A DNA stretch of 64,000 bases. Origin: Candidatus Eiseniibacteriota bacterium. Lineage in GTDB: Bacteria > Eisenbacteria > RBG-16-71-46 > CAZAMP01. Below are positions 39,442-50,044 of the stretch, one piece after another. Position numbers and translations under genes: made by a program. The first letter of the stretch is position 1. The number at the start of each line of letters is the position of its first letter. Location of the stretch: NCBI GenBank assembly GCA_965224245.1, contig OZ245046.1, positions 1,184,001-1,248,000 on the forward strand, in the 5' to 3' direction. The notes under the pieces were generated by a model that saw only the letters and a program-made list of their open reading frames with translations, was not told where the DNA came from and searched no databases.

Positions 39442-41168
39442 GCGACTCCAGAACGACGAGGACCGAGGGCGCGCCCGGAACGCCTCCACACTTCATCCAC
39501 CAGGCGATCGTCCGGCACAACCAGGAGGGACGCTTCGGCGGGAAGGTGCTGACGCGCTTTCCGCCCGAGCCCAACGGGTTTCTCCACATCGGGCATGCCA
39601 AGGCGATCGCGGTGAGCTTCACGGTGGCCGAACGCTTCGGCGGCAACACCAACCTGCGGTTAGACGACACCAACCCGCTGAAGGAGGACGACATGTTCGT
39701 CGAGGCGATCCAGCGGGACATTCGCTGGCTCGGCTTCGACTGGTGCGATCGTCTGTTCTTCGCCTCGGACTACTTCGAGACGCTGTACGAGTACGCGGTG
39801 CGCCTGATCGAGGCAGGCAAGGCCTTCGTGTGCGATCTCTCGGCCGCCGAGATCCGCGAGACCCGCGGCACGCTGACCGAGGCCGGACGGAACAGCCCGT
39901 ATCGCGATCGGTCGATCGAGGAGAGCCTGGATCTGTTCGCACGCATGCGCCGGGGCGAGTTCCCCGACGGCACCCGCACGCTGCGTGCCAAGATCGACAT
40001 GGCGGCCGGCAACCTCAACCTGCGCGACCCCGTGATGTACCGCATCTCTCACGCGCGGCATCATCGGACCGGGAACGCCTGGTGCATCTATCCCACGTAC
40101 GACTGGGCGCACGGACAGTCGGACTCGATCGAGGGCATCACGCACTCGCTGTGCAGTCTCGAGTTCGAGGACCATCGCCCGCTCTACGACTGGTTTCTGG
40201 ATCAGCTCGGCATCCACCACCCGCAGCAGATCGAGTTCGCGCGGCTGAACCTCAACTACACGGTCATGAGCAAGCGCATGCTGCGGCAGCTGGTCGAGGA
40301 CGGGCACGTCGACGGCTGGGATGATCCCCGCATGCCCACGCTGGCCGGGATGCGACGCCGGGGCTACACTCCCGAGGCCATCCGGAACTTCTGCGAGATC
40401 ATCGGTGTGGCCAAGCAGAACAGCACCGTCGACATCGCGCTGCTCGAGCACTGCGTCCGCGAGCACCTCAACCAGGTCGCCACACGTCTGATGGTGGTGC
40501 TGCGACCACTCAAGGTCGTGCTGACGAACTACCCCGAGGGACAGGTCGAAGAGCTCGACTGCATCAACAACCCCGAGGACCCCGTCGGGGGCGGCTCTCG
40601 CCGCGTGCCGTTCTCGCGCGAGCTCTACATCGAGAACGCCGACTTCCGCGAGGATCCGCCGAGGAAGTTCTTCCGCCTGGCCCCGGGTCGCGAGGTGAGG
40701 CTCCGCTACGCGTACTTCATCACCTGCGAGGAGGTCGTCAAGGACGCCGACGGCAACGTCGTCGAGCTTCGCTGCCGCTACGATCCGGCCACCCGCGGCG
40801 GCGACGCGCCCGATGGCCGGCGCGTCAAGGCCACGCTGCACTGGGTTTCCGCGCCGCACGCGGTCCCTTTGACGGTTCGGCTCTACGAGCGGCTGTTCTC
40901 GGTCGAGGATCCGACCGACGTGCCCGAAGGCGGGTCGTTCCTCGACCATCTCGATCCGGGCTCGGTCGAGACGCTGACCGGGTGCATGGGCGAGCCGGCC
41001 GTCGGCGAGGCCACGCCCGATGACCGCATCCAGTTCGAGCGTCAGGGCTACTTCGCGCTCGACACGAGACAGGACGCAGAGCCACCGGTCTGGCTGCGCA
41101 CGGTGTCGCTCCGGGACAGCTGGGCGAAGATCGAGCGTGCGCTGAAGGGTGGGCAGGGAGGGGCATGA
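39438..41168 (+). CDS. glnS: Glutamine--tRNA ligase
   Basis: [48 protein letters not shown]. Confidence 0.95.
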   Translation: MSDSRTTRTEGAPGTPPHFIHQAIVRHNQEGRFGGKVLTRFPPEPNGFLHIGHAKAIAVSFTVAERFGGNTNLRLDDTNPLKEDDMFVEAIQRDIRWLGFDWCDRLFFASDYFETLYEYAVRLIEAGKAFVCDLSAAEIRETRGTLTEAGRNSPYRDRSIEESLDLFARMRRGEFPDGTRTLRAKIDMAAGNLNLRDPVMYRISHARHHRTGNAWCIYPTYDWAHGQSDSIEGITHSLCSLEFEDHRPLYDWFLDQLGIHHPQQIEFARLNLNYTVMSKRMLRQLVEDGHVDGWDDPRMPTLAGMRRRGYTPEAIRNFCEIIGVAKQNSTVDIALLEHCVREHLNQVATRLMVVLRPLKVVLTNYPEGQVEELDCINNPEDPVGGGSRRVPFSRELYIENADFREDPPRKFFRLAPGREVRLRYAYFITCEEVVKDADGNVVELRCRYDPATRGGDAPDGRRVKATLHWVSAPHAVPLTVRLYERLFSVEDPTDVPEGGSFLDHLDPGSVETLTGCMGEPAVGEATPDDRIQFERQGYFALDTRQDAEPPVWLRTVSLRDSWAKIERALKGGQGGA

Positions 41169-43303
41169 GCGAGACGTTGCCCGACCGCTCAGGCGAGCTC
41201 CTCCGGGTTCCGGCCCGGTTCCCCACGCGCGTGGTGAAGATCGGGGATCTCGCCATCGGTGGGGAATACCCGATCCTCGTGCAGTCGATGACGATCTCGG
41301 ACACGATGCGCACCGACGACGTCGTGGCCGAGATCCGCGCGCTCGTCGACGCGGGGTGTCCGCTGGTGCGACTCACGGCGCCATCGAAGGCCGACGCCCA
41401 GAACATCCGCGAGATCCGGCGCCGACTCGATCGCGACGGTGTGCGCGTGCCGCTGGTTGCGGACATTCACTTCACGCCGAGCGCGGCGCTCGTGGCCGCG
41501 GAGATCGTGGAGAAGGTCCGCATCAACCCCGGCAACTACGCCGATCGGAAGAAGTTCGAGGTCTTCGAGATCTCCGACGCTGCGTACGCGTCCGAGCTCG
41601 CGCGCATCCGCGAGCGCGTCCTGCCCCTGGTGCGCCGTCTGAAGGACACCGGCGCCGCGCTCCGGATCGGCACGAACCACGGCTCGCTGTCCGACCGCAT
41701 CCTCAACCGCTACGGCGACACGCCCGAGGGCATGGTCGAGTCGGCGCTCGAGTTCGTGCGCATCTGCGAGGACGAGTCGTATCACGACATCGTGCTCTCG
41801 ATGAAGTCCTCGATCCCCAGCGTGATGATCGCCGCCTACCGCCTCCTGGTGCAGCGCATGTCGGCCGAGGGCATGAGCTACCCCATTCACCTGGGTGTGA
41901 CCGAGGCCGGCGACGGGATCGAGGGGCGGATCAAGAGCGCAATCGGGATCGGCTCGCTGCTCGCGTCGGGCATCGGGGACACGATCCGCGTGTCGCTCAC
42001 CGAGGATTCCCATCACGAGATTCCGGCCGCGCGGAACATCCTGGAGGCGATCGCGATCGAGCGCGATCGGGCCCTGGCGGATGGGGACCGGGAGGCCGAG
42101 TCGGCGGTGCACGCAGCCGGGGCCGCGCTCCCGAACCGTGTGGACCGGGCCGAGGTCGAGAGCTGGAGAACGCTCTCCACCCTCGCGTGGTCGACCCGGC
42201 GGCGGAGCGGCGTCTGGGACCTCCCCGGAGTCTCGATCGGGGGGACGCACCCGATCCGGATCGAGCGCCGCGTCCACACCGAGGTGCCCGGCGCATCGGA
42301 TGCCGACGCGACCGCGCTCCTGGGTGCCGAGGCCGCGGCCGGCCGCCCGGCGGAGCTGATGTCGATCGTGCTCGATCCGGCGGCCTCATCGCCCGCGGAG
42401 GCGAACGACGCCGTTCGCCAAGCCCGCGAGGCGGCGCCCGGCGTTTCGGTGCTCGTCGAGTGCGCGACCCGACCCGACCCGGCCTGGATCGCGGCGCTCG
42501 CGTCCGGCGTCGACGCGGTCGGGCTTCACGCGGTGGACGCGAGCGACGTACTCATGGAGGCACTCTCGCCGCTGGGATGTCCGATCCGCTGGCGCCTGGC
42601 TACCGGCGTCGATCCGGCGCCGACCGTTCGGGAGATCCTCGGGCGGGCGGGCGGCCGATCCATGCCCACGGGCTTCGTGCTCACCCCGGGACCCGGATAC
42701 GTGTCGCGGGGTCGCGCGCTCGGGGACGCACTCGCGGAGAGCGACGCGCTCGTGTTCCTGGAGGCGCCGGCCGACGGTGCGAGCCTCCCGGTCGCCGCGG
42801 GCACGCTGATCACCGAGGGGATCGGTGACGCGATCTGCCTGGTCACGCACCACCCCGACGGCCGGGTGCTGGTGGCCGCGCCGCCCTGGCCGGCCGGCGG
42901 AGTGCCCTGGACGCGCGATCCGGTGTCCGATGCCTACCGGCTTCTTCAGGCGTGTCGGGTCCGGCTCACGCGCGCCGAGTTCATTGCCTGTCCATCCTGC
43001 GGGCGCACGCAGTTCGATCTGCAGGCGACCACGGCGAGGATCCGCCGGCGAACCCAGCATCTCGAGGGCGTGAAGATCGCCATCATGGGATGCATCGTGA
43101 ACGGACCGGGCGAGATGGCCGACGCCGATTTTGGCTACGTGGGCAGCGGTCGCGGTCGGGTGGACCTGTACGTCGGAAAGGAACGCGTGGCGAGGAACAT
43201 CCCCGCTGACGAGGCCGAGGATCGACTCGTCGACCTGCTCGACGCGCACGGCGCATGGGTATCGCCGCCGGAGCCGGACGGCGGCGCCGAGGCGCCCGTG
43301 TGA
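41165..43303 (+). CDS. ispG: 4-hydroxy-3-methylbut-2-en-1-yl diphosphate synthase, long form with central insert
   Basis: [61 protein letters not shown]. Confidence 0.95.
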   Translation: MSETLPDRSGELLRVPARFPTRVVKIGDLAIGGEYPILVQSMTISDTMRTDDVVAEIRALVDAGCPLVRLTAPSKADAQNIREIRRRLDRDGVRVPLVADIHFTPSAALVAAEIVEKVRINPGNYADRKKFEVFEISDAAYASELARIRERVLPLVRRLKDTGAALRIGTNHGSLSDRILNRYGDTPEGMVESALEFVRICEDESYHDIVLSMKSSIPSVMIAAYRLLVQRMSAEGMSYPIHLGVTEAGDGIEGRIKSAIGIGSLLASGIGDTIRVSLTEDSHHEIPAARNILEAIAIERDRALADGDREAESAVHAAGAALPNRVDRAEVESWRTLSTLAWSTRRRSGVWDLPGVSIGGTHPIRIERRVHTEVPGASDADATALLGAEAAAGRPAELMSIVLDPAASSPAEANDAVRQAREAAPGVSVLVECATRPDPAWIAALASGVDAVGLHAVDASDVLMEALSPLGCPIRWRLATGVDPAPTVREILGRAGGRSMPTGFVLTPGPGYVSRGRALGDALAESDALVFLEAPADGASLPVAAGTLITEGIGDAICLVTHHPDGRVLVAAPPWPAGGVPWTRDPVSDAYRLLQACRVRLTRAEFIACPSCGRTQFDLQATTARIRRRTQHLEGVKIAIMGCIVNGPGEMADADFGYVGSGRGRVDLYVGKERVARNIPADEAEDRLVDLLDAHGAWVSPPEPDGGAEAPV

Positions 43304-43305
43304 GT

Positions 43306-43662
43306 CTAGCCCGTGCCCTTCGGGGCGAAGTCGGCCAGCGCGTCGGCCTCGCTGGCATGCACCTCGAAGATCGCGATCAGCCCGGTCACGAGCAGCACCT
43401 TCTTGACGCGCTCGCTGGCGTTGACCAGCCGCAGTCGGCCCTGGTTGTTCTTGAGCGTGGTGTAGACGCGGGTCAGGATGCCGATGCCTCCCGAGCTCAT
43501 CCAGGGAACACCGGCGAGGTCGGCCAGGATGTGGTGGTGCCCGCTCGAGATGGCGTCCGCGACGGCGGCGGTGATCTGATCGGACTCGGGACCGCCCAGC
43601 ATCTCGCCCTCGAGGCGCAAGATGACGACGCCGTCGGCGGTCAGTTCGCGTGTGATCTCCAT
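43306..43662 (-). CDS. STAS-domain anti-sigma factor antagonist
   Basis: GGAGG RBS; ILRLEGE, DLAGVPWMSSGGIG, VKKVLLVTGL..IF. Confidence 0.9.
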   Translation of the reverse strand: MEITRELTADGVVILRLEGEMLGGPESDQITAAVADAISSGHHHILADLAGVPWMSSGGIGILTRVYTTLKNNQGRLRLVNASERVKKVLLVTGLIAIFEVHASEADALADFAPKGTG

Positions 43663-43869
43663 CTCGTTCCCTCCGGTCGGCCGTCCGTGAGGCATCCATC
43701 GACTCCTCGCGCAGTGTGCTACGAGTTCGGATCGGGTGCAAGGCTCGGTGGTCGCTCCGGGGAGCGGTGCTTGTCTCCGACGTCCGGGAGTTCCTATACT
43801 GCAGACGCTCACCGTCGCCGATCCGCCGCGCCCGAGCGCGGCCTTCCCGATGCACGCGCGAGGCCGTGA

Positions 43870-45609
43870 ATGAGACCAGACGATCTGGACTTCGACACGC
43901 TGCGGTCCCAGATCATCGGCGTGGATTCCACGTTCTGGACGCCGTTCGGCGAGCGCATGCTGATCTACTGCGACTACACCGCTAGCGGACGCTGTCTTCA
44001 CTTCATCGAACGCTACCTGATGAACCTCCAGCGCCGGTACGCCAACACGCACACCGAGGACGACGTCACCGGGCGTAGCATGACGCGCCTGCTCCACGAT
44101 GCCGAGCACTCGATCAAGCGCTCGCTCAACGCGGGGCCGGGGGGGCGCATCATCGCCTGCGGGACCGGGGCCACCGCGGCCATCGACAAGCTCCAGCAGA
44201 TGCTCGGCGTGGCGATCCCGCCGGCGACGCGCGCGCGGTTGCTCGACGTCGCGACCGAGACCTTCGGGCCGGAGGGCGGCGCGCGGTTTCGGGACGCAGT
44301 CGGGACGCGACAGCCCGTCGTCTTCGTGGGGCCTTACGAGCACCACTCCAACGAGGTCACCTGGCGCGAGGGGCTGGCCACGGTCGTCGAGGTCCGGCTC
44401 ACGCACGACGGCTCGGTGTGCCTCGATCATCTGGAGGCGCAGCTGACCGATGCCGCGTACCGGGGTCGCCCGAAGATCGGCTCGTTCAGCGCCGCCTCCA
44501 ACGTGACCGGCATGGTGACGCCCGTGCACGAGGTGGCCCGCAGCCTCCATCGCCATGGTGCGATCGCGTGCTTCGACTACGCGGCGAGCGGTCCCTACGT
44601 GAAGATCGACATGAACCCCGCCGACGACCCCGAGGCGTCGCTGGACGCGGTGTTCATCTCGCCGCACAAGTTCCTGGGGGGGCCGGGCTCGTCGGGGATC
44701 CTCGTGTTCAACGAGCGTCTCTACCACCGTGAGCTGCCCCCGACCGTCGGTGGGGGCGGCACCGTCGACTACGTCGGATACGACACGCACGATTTCATCG
44801 ACGACATCGAGGAGCGTGAGAAGGCGGGCACGCCCGGAGTGCTCCAGCTCCTGAAGGCGTCGCTCGCCTTCCAGGTGAAGGACGCGATCGGCGTGGAGCG
44901 CATCGATCGGCGCGAGCGCGAGCTCATGCGTCGAGCGATGGCGGGCTGGTCGTCTCACGACCACATCGAGATCCTGGGCAACCCGGACGCGTCGCGCCGT
45001 GTGGCCATCGTCAGCTTCAACGTGACCGCGCCCGACGGGTCGTACCTTCATCCGAAGTTCGTGACCACGCTCGCCAACGACCTCTTCGGCGTCCAGTCCC
45101 GCGCGGGCTGCTCGTGCGCGGGACCGTACGGGCACCGCCTCCTGCACATCGACCGGCCGACCTCGGATCGGTATCGCCGGTGGATTCGCAAGGGATACCA
45201 GGGCATCAAGCCCGGCTGGTGCCGCATCGGGTTTCACTACGTCATGGACGACGCCGAGGCCGACTTCGTCATCGATGCGGTCCGGTTCATCGCCGATCAC
45301 GGGCATCTGTTCCTGCCGCTGTACGACTTCGACGTCGCCACCGGCGCCTGGAACCATCGCGAGCCGCAGCCGGACGATCACGCGTTCTCGCTCGAGCGCG
45401 CGCTGAGCGCAGCGGAGACCACGGTCACGGCGCGGGCGCTGCCCGAGCGTGAGGCTGACTACTCCCGGTATCTGGCAGAGGCTCACGCCTGGGCCTCGCG
45501 ACTGGGTGGCCAGGCCGAAGGGGCGACCACGCGGCTCGACGGAGAGGTCGGCGAGCTCCAGTACTTCCGGCTGCCCAGCTGCTCGTGCGTCCGCAAGCAT
45601 CCCGTCTGA
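43870..45609 (+). CDS. Aminotransferase class V PLP enzyme (cysteine-desulfurase-like)
   Basis: YCDYTASGR, YANTHT, GPYEHHSN, SAASNVTG, SPHKFLGGPG, QSRAGCSCAGPY. Confidence 0.9.
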   Translation: MRPDDLDFDTLRSQIIGVDSTFWTPFGERMLIYCDYTASGRCLHFIERYLMNLQRRYANTHTEDDVTGRSMTRLLHDAEHSIKRSLNAGPGGRIIACGTGATAAIDKLQQMLGVAIPPATRARLLDVATETFGPEGGARFRDAVGTRQPVVFVGPYEHHSNEVTWREGLATVVEVRLTHDGSVCLDHLEAQLTDAAYRGRPKIGSFSAASNVTGMVTPVHEVARSLHRHGAIACFDYAASGPYVKIDMNPADDPEASLDAVFISPHKFLGGPGSSGILVFNERLYHRELPPTVGGGGTVDYVGYDTHDFIDDIEEREKAGTPGVLQLLKASLAFQVKDAIGVERIDRRERELMRRAMAGWSSHDHIEILGNPDASRRVAIVSFNVTAPDGSYLHPKFVTTLANDLFGVQSRAGCSCAGPYGHRLLHIDRPTSDRYRRWIRKGYQGIKPGWCRIGFHYVMDDAEADFVIDAVRFIADHGHLFLPLYDFDVATGAWNHREPQPDDHAFSLERALSAAETTVTARALPEREADYSRYLAEAHAWASRLGGQAEGATTRLDGEVGELQYFRLPSCSCVRKHPV

Positions 45610-45632
45610 ACCGCGCTTTTCCGGTACTCGCG

Positions 45633-45661
45633 TTGACCGTGCGCACCCCGACTGTGACAAT
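45633..45661 (+). promoter_or_regulatory. Putative sigma70 promoter of scoAB
   Basis: TTGACC-N17-GACAAT with an extended -10 TG. Confidence 0.5.
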
Positions 45662-45704
45662 ACCCGCCGTCCGGGCGCCGGGGCGCTCGCTGAAACAGGA
45701 GTGA

Positions 45705-46418
45705 ATGTCGATGAAGAAGGTGGTGCGCGACGCGCACGAAGCGCTCGAGCGATCGGGCATGGGGGACGGTGCCGTCGTCATGGCGGGCGGGTTCGGGCTC
45801 TGCGGCATCCCCGAGAACGCGATCTCGGCGATCCGTGACGAGGGCTGGAAGAACCTCACGATCATCAGCAACAACTGCGGCGTGGACGACTTCGGTCTCG
45901 GTCTTCTCTTGCAGACGCGGCAGATCAAGAAGATGGTCTCCAGCTACGTCGGCGAGAACGCGGAGTTCGAGCGCCAGTTCCTCGCGGGGGAGCTCGAGGT
46001 CGATCTGGTGCCGCAGGGGACGCTGGCCGAGCGGTGTCGGGCGGCCGCGGCCGGGATACCCGGGTTCTTCACGCCGACCGGCGTGGGAACCGTGGTGGCC
46101 GAGGGAAAGGAGCACCGCGAGTTCGGTGGGCGCACGTACATCCTCGAGGAGGCGCTCCACGCCGAGTTCGCCGTCGTCAAGGCGTACGCCGGGGATCACT
46201 CGGGCAACCTCGTCTACCGCAAGACCGCGCGCAACTTCAACCCGATGATGGCCCAGGCGGCCACGATCACGATCGCCGAGGTCGAGACGCTCGTTCCCAC
46301 GGGCGAGATCGATCCCGATCACGTTCACACGCCCGGCGTCTACGTCGACTTCATCTTCCAGGGTACGAACTATGAAAAGCGTATCGAGCAGAGAACGAAT
46401 CGTCCTGCGGGCAGCTAG
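45705..46418 (+). CDS. scoA: 3-oxoacid CoA-transferase subunit A
   Basis: [39 protein letters not shown]. Confidence 0.92.
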   Translation: MSMKKVVRDAHEALERSGMGDGAVVMAGGFGLCGIPENAISAIRDEGWKNLTIISNNCGVDDFGLGLLLQTRQIKKMVSSYVGENAEFERQFLAGELEVDLVPQGTLAERCRAAAAGIPGFFTPTGVGTVVAEGKEHREFGGRTYILEEALHAEFAVVKAYAGDHSGNLVYRKTARNFNPMMAQAATITIAEVETLVPTGEIDPDHVHTPGVYVDFIFQGTNYEKRIEQRTNRPAGS

Positions 46419-47034
46419 AGAGCTGAAGGACGGGTTCTACGTCAACCTCGGCATCGGCATGCCGACGCTCGTCGCGAATCACATTCCCGAGGGCGTCGAG
46501 ATCGTGCTGGAATCGGAGAATGGGCTCCTCGGCATCGGCCCCTTTCCGTTCGAGGGGGAAGAAGATGCCGATCTGATCAACGCCGGCAAGCAGACCATCA
46601 CCGAGGTTCCCGGCTCGTCTTACTTCTCGTCGAGCGAGAGCTTCGAGATGATCCGGGGCGGCCACGTCGACCTCACGATCATGGGAGGGATGGAGGTCAG
46701 CCAGGCCGGCGATCTGGCCAACTGGATGATTCCCGGAAAGATGGTCAAGGGCATGGGCGGCGGGATGGACCTCGTGGCGAGCGCGAAGAAGGTCGTCATC
46801 ATCATGACGCACACCAACAAGGTGGGTGAGTCGAAGGTCCTCCGCGAGTGCCGGCTTCCCCTGACCGGCGTCGGCTGCGTCAACCGGCTGATCACCGATC
46901 ACGCGGTGTTCGACTTCGAGGACGGTCGGATGATCCTGCGCGAGCTGGCGCCCGGTACCACGCTGGACGCGCTGCGCGAGATCACAGAGGCGTCGTTCAC
47001 GGTGCCGGACGACGTGATCGAGATGCCGATCTGA
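46372..47034 (+). CDS. scoB: 3-oxoacid CoA-transferase subunit B
   Basis: [14 protein letters not shown] (catalytic Glu), [20 protein letters not shown]. Confidence 0.92.
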   Translation: MKSVSSRERIVLRAARELKDGFYVNLGIGMPTLVANHIPEGVEIVLESENGLLGIGPFPFEGEEDADLINAGKQTITEVPGSSYFSSSESFEMIRGGHVDLTIMGGMEVSQAGDLANWMIPGKMVKGMGGGMDLVASAKKVVIIMTHTNKVGESKVLRECRLPLTGVGCVNRLITDHAVFDFEDGRMILRELAPGTTLDALREITEASFTVPDDVIEMPI

Positions 47035-47063
47035 TCCACCGACCCGCACAGATGTCGACGTAT

Positions 47064-47102
47064 CCCGCCGCCCGGTGCCCCACGCCGTGCGGCGGGGTCT
47101 TT
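47064..47102 (+). terminator. Putative terminator after scoB
   Basis: cccgccgc...gcggcggg stem with a long loop, followed by gtcttt. Confidence 0.4.
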
Positions 47103-47260
47103 GCGTCGCCCGCGCGGGTCCGGAGAGGCGACGGGCGACGAGGACGGCATGGGGTCGGCTCACGCGGCCCCTGTCTCCCAAAAAGTCCCTGGTTGACGCA
47201 GGCGACTCGGCGCTAGAATCGGCCATGATGCGCGAGCCACCTCGGCCTGGGAGCTGAATC

Positions 47261-48838
47261 GTGCCGACCAGAATGCTGACCGTTCTCCTCGCCGTGTCGT
47301 TGCTTCCCACCTCGGCTTCCGCCGATCTCGTTCGGGAGCTGGATCCGAGCCCGCCAGTACGGACCGATCGCGACGCATTCGGATGCGAGGGCGACATTCG
47401 CTGGGAGAGCCCGGTCAGCGCCGGGACGATCGCGTCCCAGTACGACGTTTGCTATCCATTCGATGCCGAGGCGGCCGCCTCCTTCGTCGGCGATGGTGGT
47501 GACGTGGTCGGTTTCGGATGGTGGGGAGCCGAGCAGGCGGGCGTCGCCCCGGGGGCGTTTCGCTTCACGATCTACGCGTCCGCAGCCGACGGAGACGTCG
47601 AGGTTCCAGGAGAGATGCTCTTCACCGAGACCACGAGCGACGTCACGAGGACGCCGGGGTCGACGGCGTCCTACTGCGCGAACCTCGCCGACGTCTTCTC
47701 CACGCTCGCCGGGGAGACGTACTGGCTCGTCGTTCAGGCCGTGAGCTGCTTCGAGGAGGATGGACAGTGGTTCCGGCGCTACTCCACCGAATGTACGTGG
47801 GGAACGTACCTCCGCGCGGAGGCCTTCGGGACACCCGACTGGGAGCTCGTCAACCCGCACGACGCGGCCTTCGTCGTCTACTACGCGACGGACCCCGTGC
47901 CGCTGACGACGCCGAGAGCGAGTGTCCACACACGCCGCGTGACCGGCGGCGACACCCACGCGCGCGCGCTCGGTGTGGCGTGTGACGAGGGAGTCCTCGT
48001 CTGGGAGCAGCTGCCGTCACTCACCGACGGCATGTCCAGTCAGGACGACGTCTGCTATCCGTTCACGTCCGAGGTGGCGGATGGCTTCGTCGGCATATCG
48101 GGGCAGATCGTCGCAGTCGAGTGGTGGGGGGGGTTCTGGAACGGCTCGCCGGTTCCGATCGATCAGTTCCGGATCCGGCTGTATCAGCCCGACGGTGAGT
48201 GTCCCGGCGCGCCCCTCGCCGATGTTCTGATCGACACCTACGATGCCGCCGAGGTGGAGCCCGGGAGCACGTACTACCACTACTGTGCATCGCTTCCGAC
48301 CCCGCTCGTCACGGGGGCGGTTCCCTACGACATCAGCATCCAGGCCGTCCACTGCTTCCCGCCTCAATGGGGCTGGGTCACCTCGCCGCTCACGCCCGGA
48401 CAGTGTGGCGTGGAAGGCGAGGCGTGTTTCCGTTCGGTGTTCTTCGACTTCGAGGAGTGGACCCCGAGCGGCTTCGTGTTCGGGGTCTCGTACGATGCCG
48501 CGTTCTCGCTCTACTACGACGAGGATCCCATCGCGGTGGGCGACGTCGGCACGACTCCCGACGTCGAGGTCGCTGGCCCGAGGCCCAACCCCGCGCGGAT
48601 CGGCTCGCGAGTCGCCATCGACGTGGAGGGCGTCCACGGGCTCGTCGACGCGTCGATCTACGATGCGGCCGGTCGGGCCATCCGACGACTGGCGCCGGTT
48701 CGGGTGGTCGACGGCGGCGCGGTGCTCACCTGGGATCTCACGTCGCGCTCGGGTGAGCCGGTCCCGGTTGGCGTTTACGTCGTGCGGATCGGCGGCGCGG
48801 GAGCCGTCTCCGCTCGGCGGCTGATCGTCCTTCGGTGA
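47261..48838 (+). CDS. Secreted protein with two tandem Cys-containing beta-sandwich-like repeats and T9SS-like CTD
   Basis: Signal peptide; SQ(Y/D)DVCYPF..E....F.G......WWG duplicated; CTD RPNP..IYDAAGRAIRRL..WD...GVYVVR. Confidence 0.75.
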   Translation: MPTRMLTVLLAVSLLPTSASADLVRELDPSPPVRTDRDAFGCEGDIRWESPVSAGTIASQYDVCYPFDAEAAASFVGDGGDVVGFGWWGAEQAGVAPGAFRFTIYASAADGDVEVPGEMLFTETTSDVTRTPGSTASYCANLADVFSTLAGETYWLVVQAVSCFEEDGQWFRRYSTECTWGTYLRAEAFGTPDWELVNPHDAAFVVYYATDPVPLTTPRASVHTRRVTGGDTHARALGVACDEGVLVWEQLPSLTDGMSSQDDVCYPFTSEVADGFVGISGQIVAVEWWGGFWNGSPVPIDQFRIRLYQPDGECPGAPLADVLIDTYDAAEVEPGSTYYHYCASLPTPLVTGAVPYDISIQAVHCFPPQWGWVTSPLTPGQCGVEGEACFRSVFFDFEEWTPSGFVFGVSYDAAFSLYYDEDPIAVGDVGTTPDVEVAGPRPNPARIGSRVAIDVEGVHGLVDASIYDAAGRAIRRLAPVRVVDGGAVLTWDLTSRSGEPVPVGVYVVRIGGAGAVSARRLIVLR

Positions 48839-48907
48839 TCTGAGGCGACCCCGTCCACGAGCCGGATGGAGAGCCCGCGCCGCCTGCGGGCGCGGGCCGA
48901 CGCCACG

Positions 48908-49927
48908 CTAGCGGACCGTGTAGCGAATCGAGTGGGAGATCGACGCCAGCGGAACCCCGTCCGCCTCGGCGTAGCCGCTCACCGGCAAGTAGTTGAGCGG
49001 CTGCCCGTGCATACCGGGCAGCACGACGTCCCGACCGGTCGAGAACGTGACGCGGTCGGCACCGAGGTTTCCGTAATAGAACCCCGCACGCTCGGGGTGC
49101 TTGTCGGCCTCCGAGATGTCGACGGGAACCCACGCACCATCCGTGTGGAACCACGCCCAGCAGTGATAGCCGCTCGTGTGGCCGGGCTCGGGGCCCGGCT
49201 CGATCGTGATCCCCATGTCGAACCTGGCCGGGATGCCGTTCGCTCGCGCCAGCGAGATGAACAGCGAGTGGAAGTCGGTGCAGTTCCCGAGCCCGACGTC
49301 GCAGGCGCGCTCGGTGTCTCCGCGTCCCCAGCCCGGGGCAGATTTGTCGTAGCGCATGTGGTCGAGCACGTAGCCATAGAGGGCACGGGGCTCGGCGCCG
49401 ACCGAGTCGGCCAGTGCGCGCACCCGGTCGCTGAGCGTCACGAGCGCCTCCTGGCGAAGGTACAGCTCGTGCTCGCGAGGCTCGAGCTCCTGCGGCACCG
49501 GCGCCCGGACCGACGATCGGTGGATCCGGGCCGAGAGCGCGATCTCGATCGCGGGCGGCGGATCGGTCGCGGTCAGTCGAGCCACCCGATTGCCGAAGTC
49601 TCTGTCGTACAACATGTTCCAAGGATGATCGCAGGTAATCTGGAGGTTCGTGACGTGCTGCTCGGGCCGGACCTGGGGAAGCGCGACCCAGATCACGGCC
49701 TCGGAGGTCTTCTCGGGGATGTCGGAGACGGTCACGGTCCACTCGAGATGGATGCGTTGCAGGCCGGGAACGTCGTCGGCGAGCGTGGCCGGAACCGGAG
49801 CCGCGGGAGATGCGTCGACGATGGGGGTCGCTACCGCGACGAGCCCTGCCGCGACGAGGACGAGGCCTGCTCTCCCGTGGACCCCGCGAGCCACTCGCGG
49901 CCGTTCGTCGATCTTCGTGTCGGTCAT
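48908..49927 (-). CDS. Exported transglutaminase-like protein
   Basis: GNCTDFH, YHCWA and PVD give the Cys-His-Asp triad; N-terminal hydrophobic segment. Start codon uncertain. Confidence 0.85.
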   Translation of the reverse strand: MTDTKIDERPRVARGVHGRAGLVLVAAGLVAVATPIVDASPAAPVPATLADDVPGLQRIHLEWTVTVSDIPEKTSEAVIWVALPQVRPEQHVTNLQITCDHPWNMLYDRDFGNRVARLTATDPPPAIEIALSARIHRSSVRAPVPQELEPREHELYLRQEALVTLSDRVRALADSVGAEPRALYGYVLDHMRYDKSAPGWGRGDTERACDVGLGNCTDFHSLFISLARANGIPARFDMGITIEPGPEPGHTSGYHCWAWFHTDGAWVPVDISEADKHPERAGFYYGNLGADRVTFSTGRDVVLPGMHGQPLNYLPVSGYAEADGVPLASISHSIRYTVR

Positions 49928-50044
49928 GTAGCCTGCCCCTGGGACGTTCGGGTGCAAATCCAGTCGACTCGACAGTCGAACCCCGCCGCCGGCCCCGAGG
50001 TTTCCCGCCACCGCGGCCGCTCGGGAGTGCTGGCGACCGCCGGC

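Noticed and set aside
36384-41168. Functional glutamate link between the gamma-carboxylase-like pair and the divergent gltX-glnS
   Set aside because: Only adjacency supports it. GGCX-type enzymes act on peptidyl-Glu, not on tRNA charging.
47193-47219. TTGACG...TAGAAT promoter-like pair
   Set aside because: The spacer is only 15 bp, so it was not listed as a feature, though it may still function.
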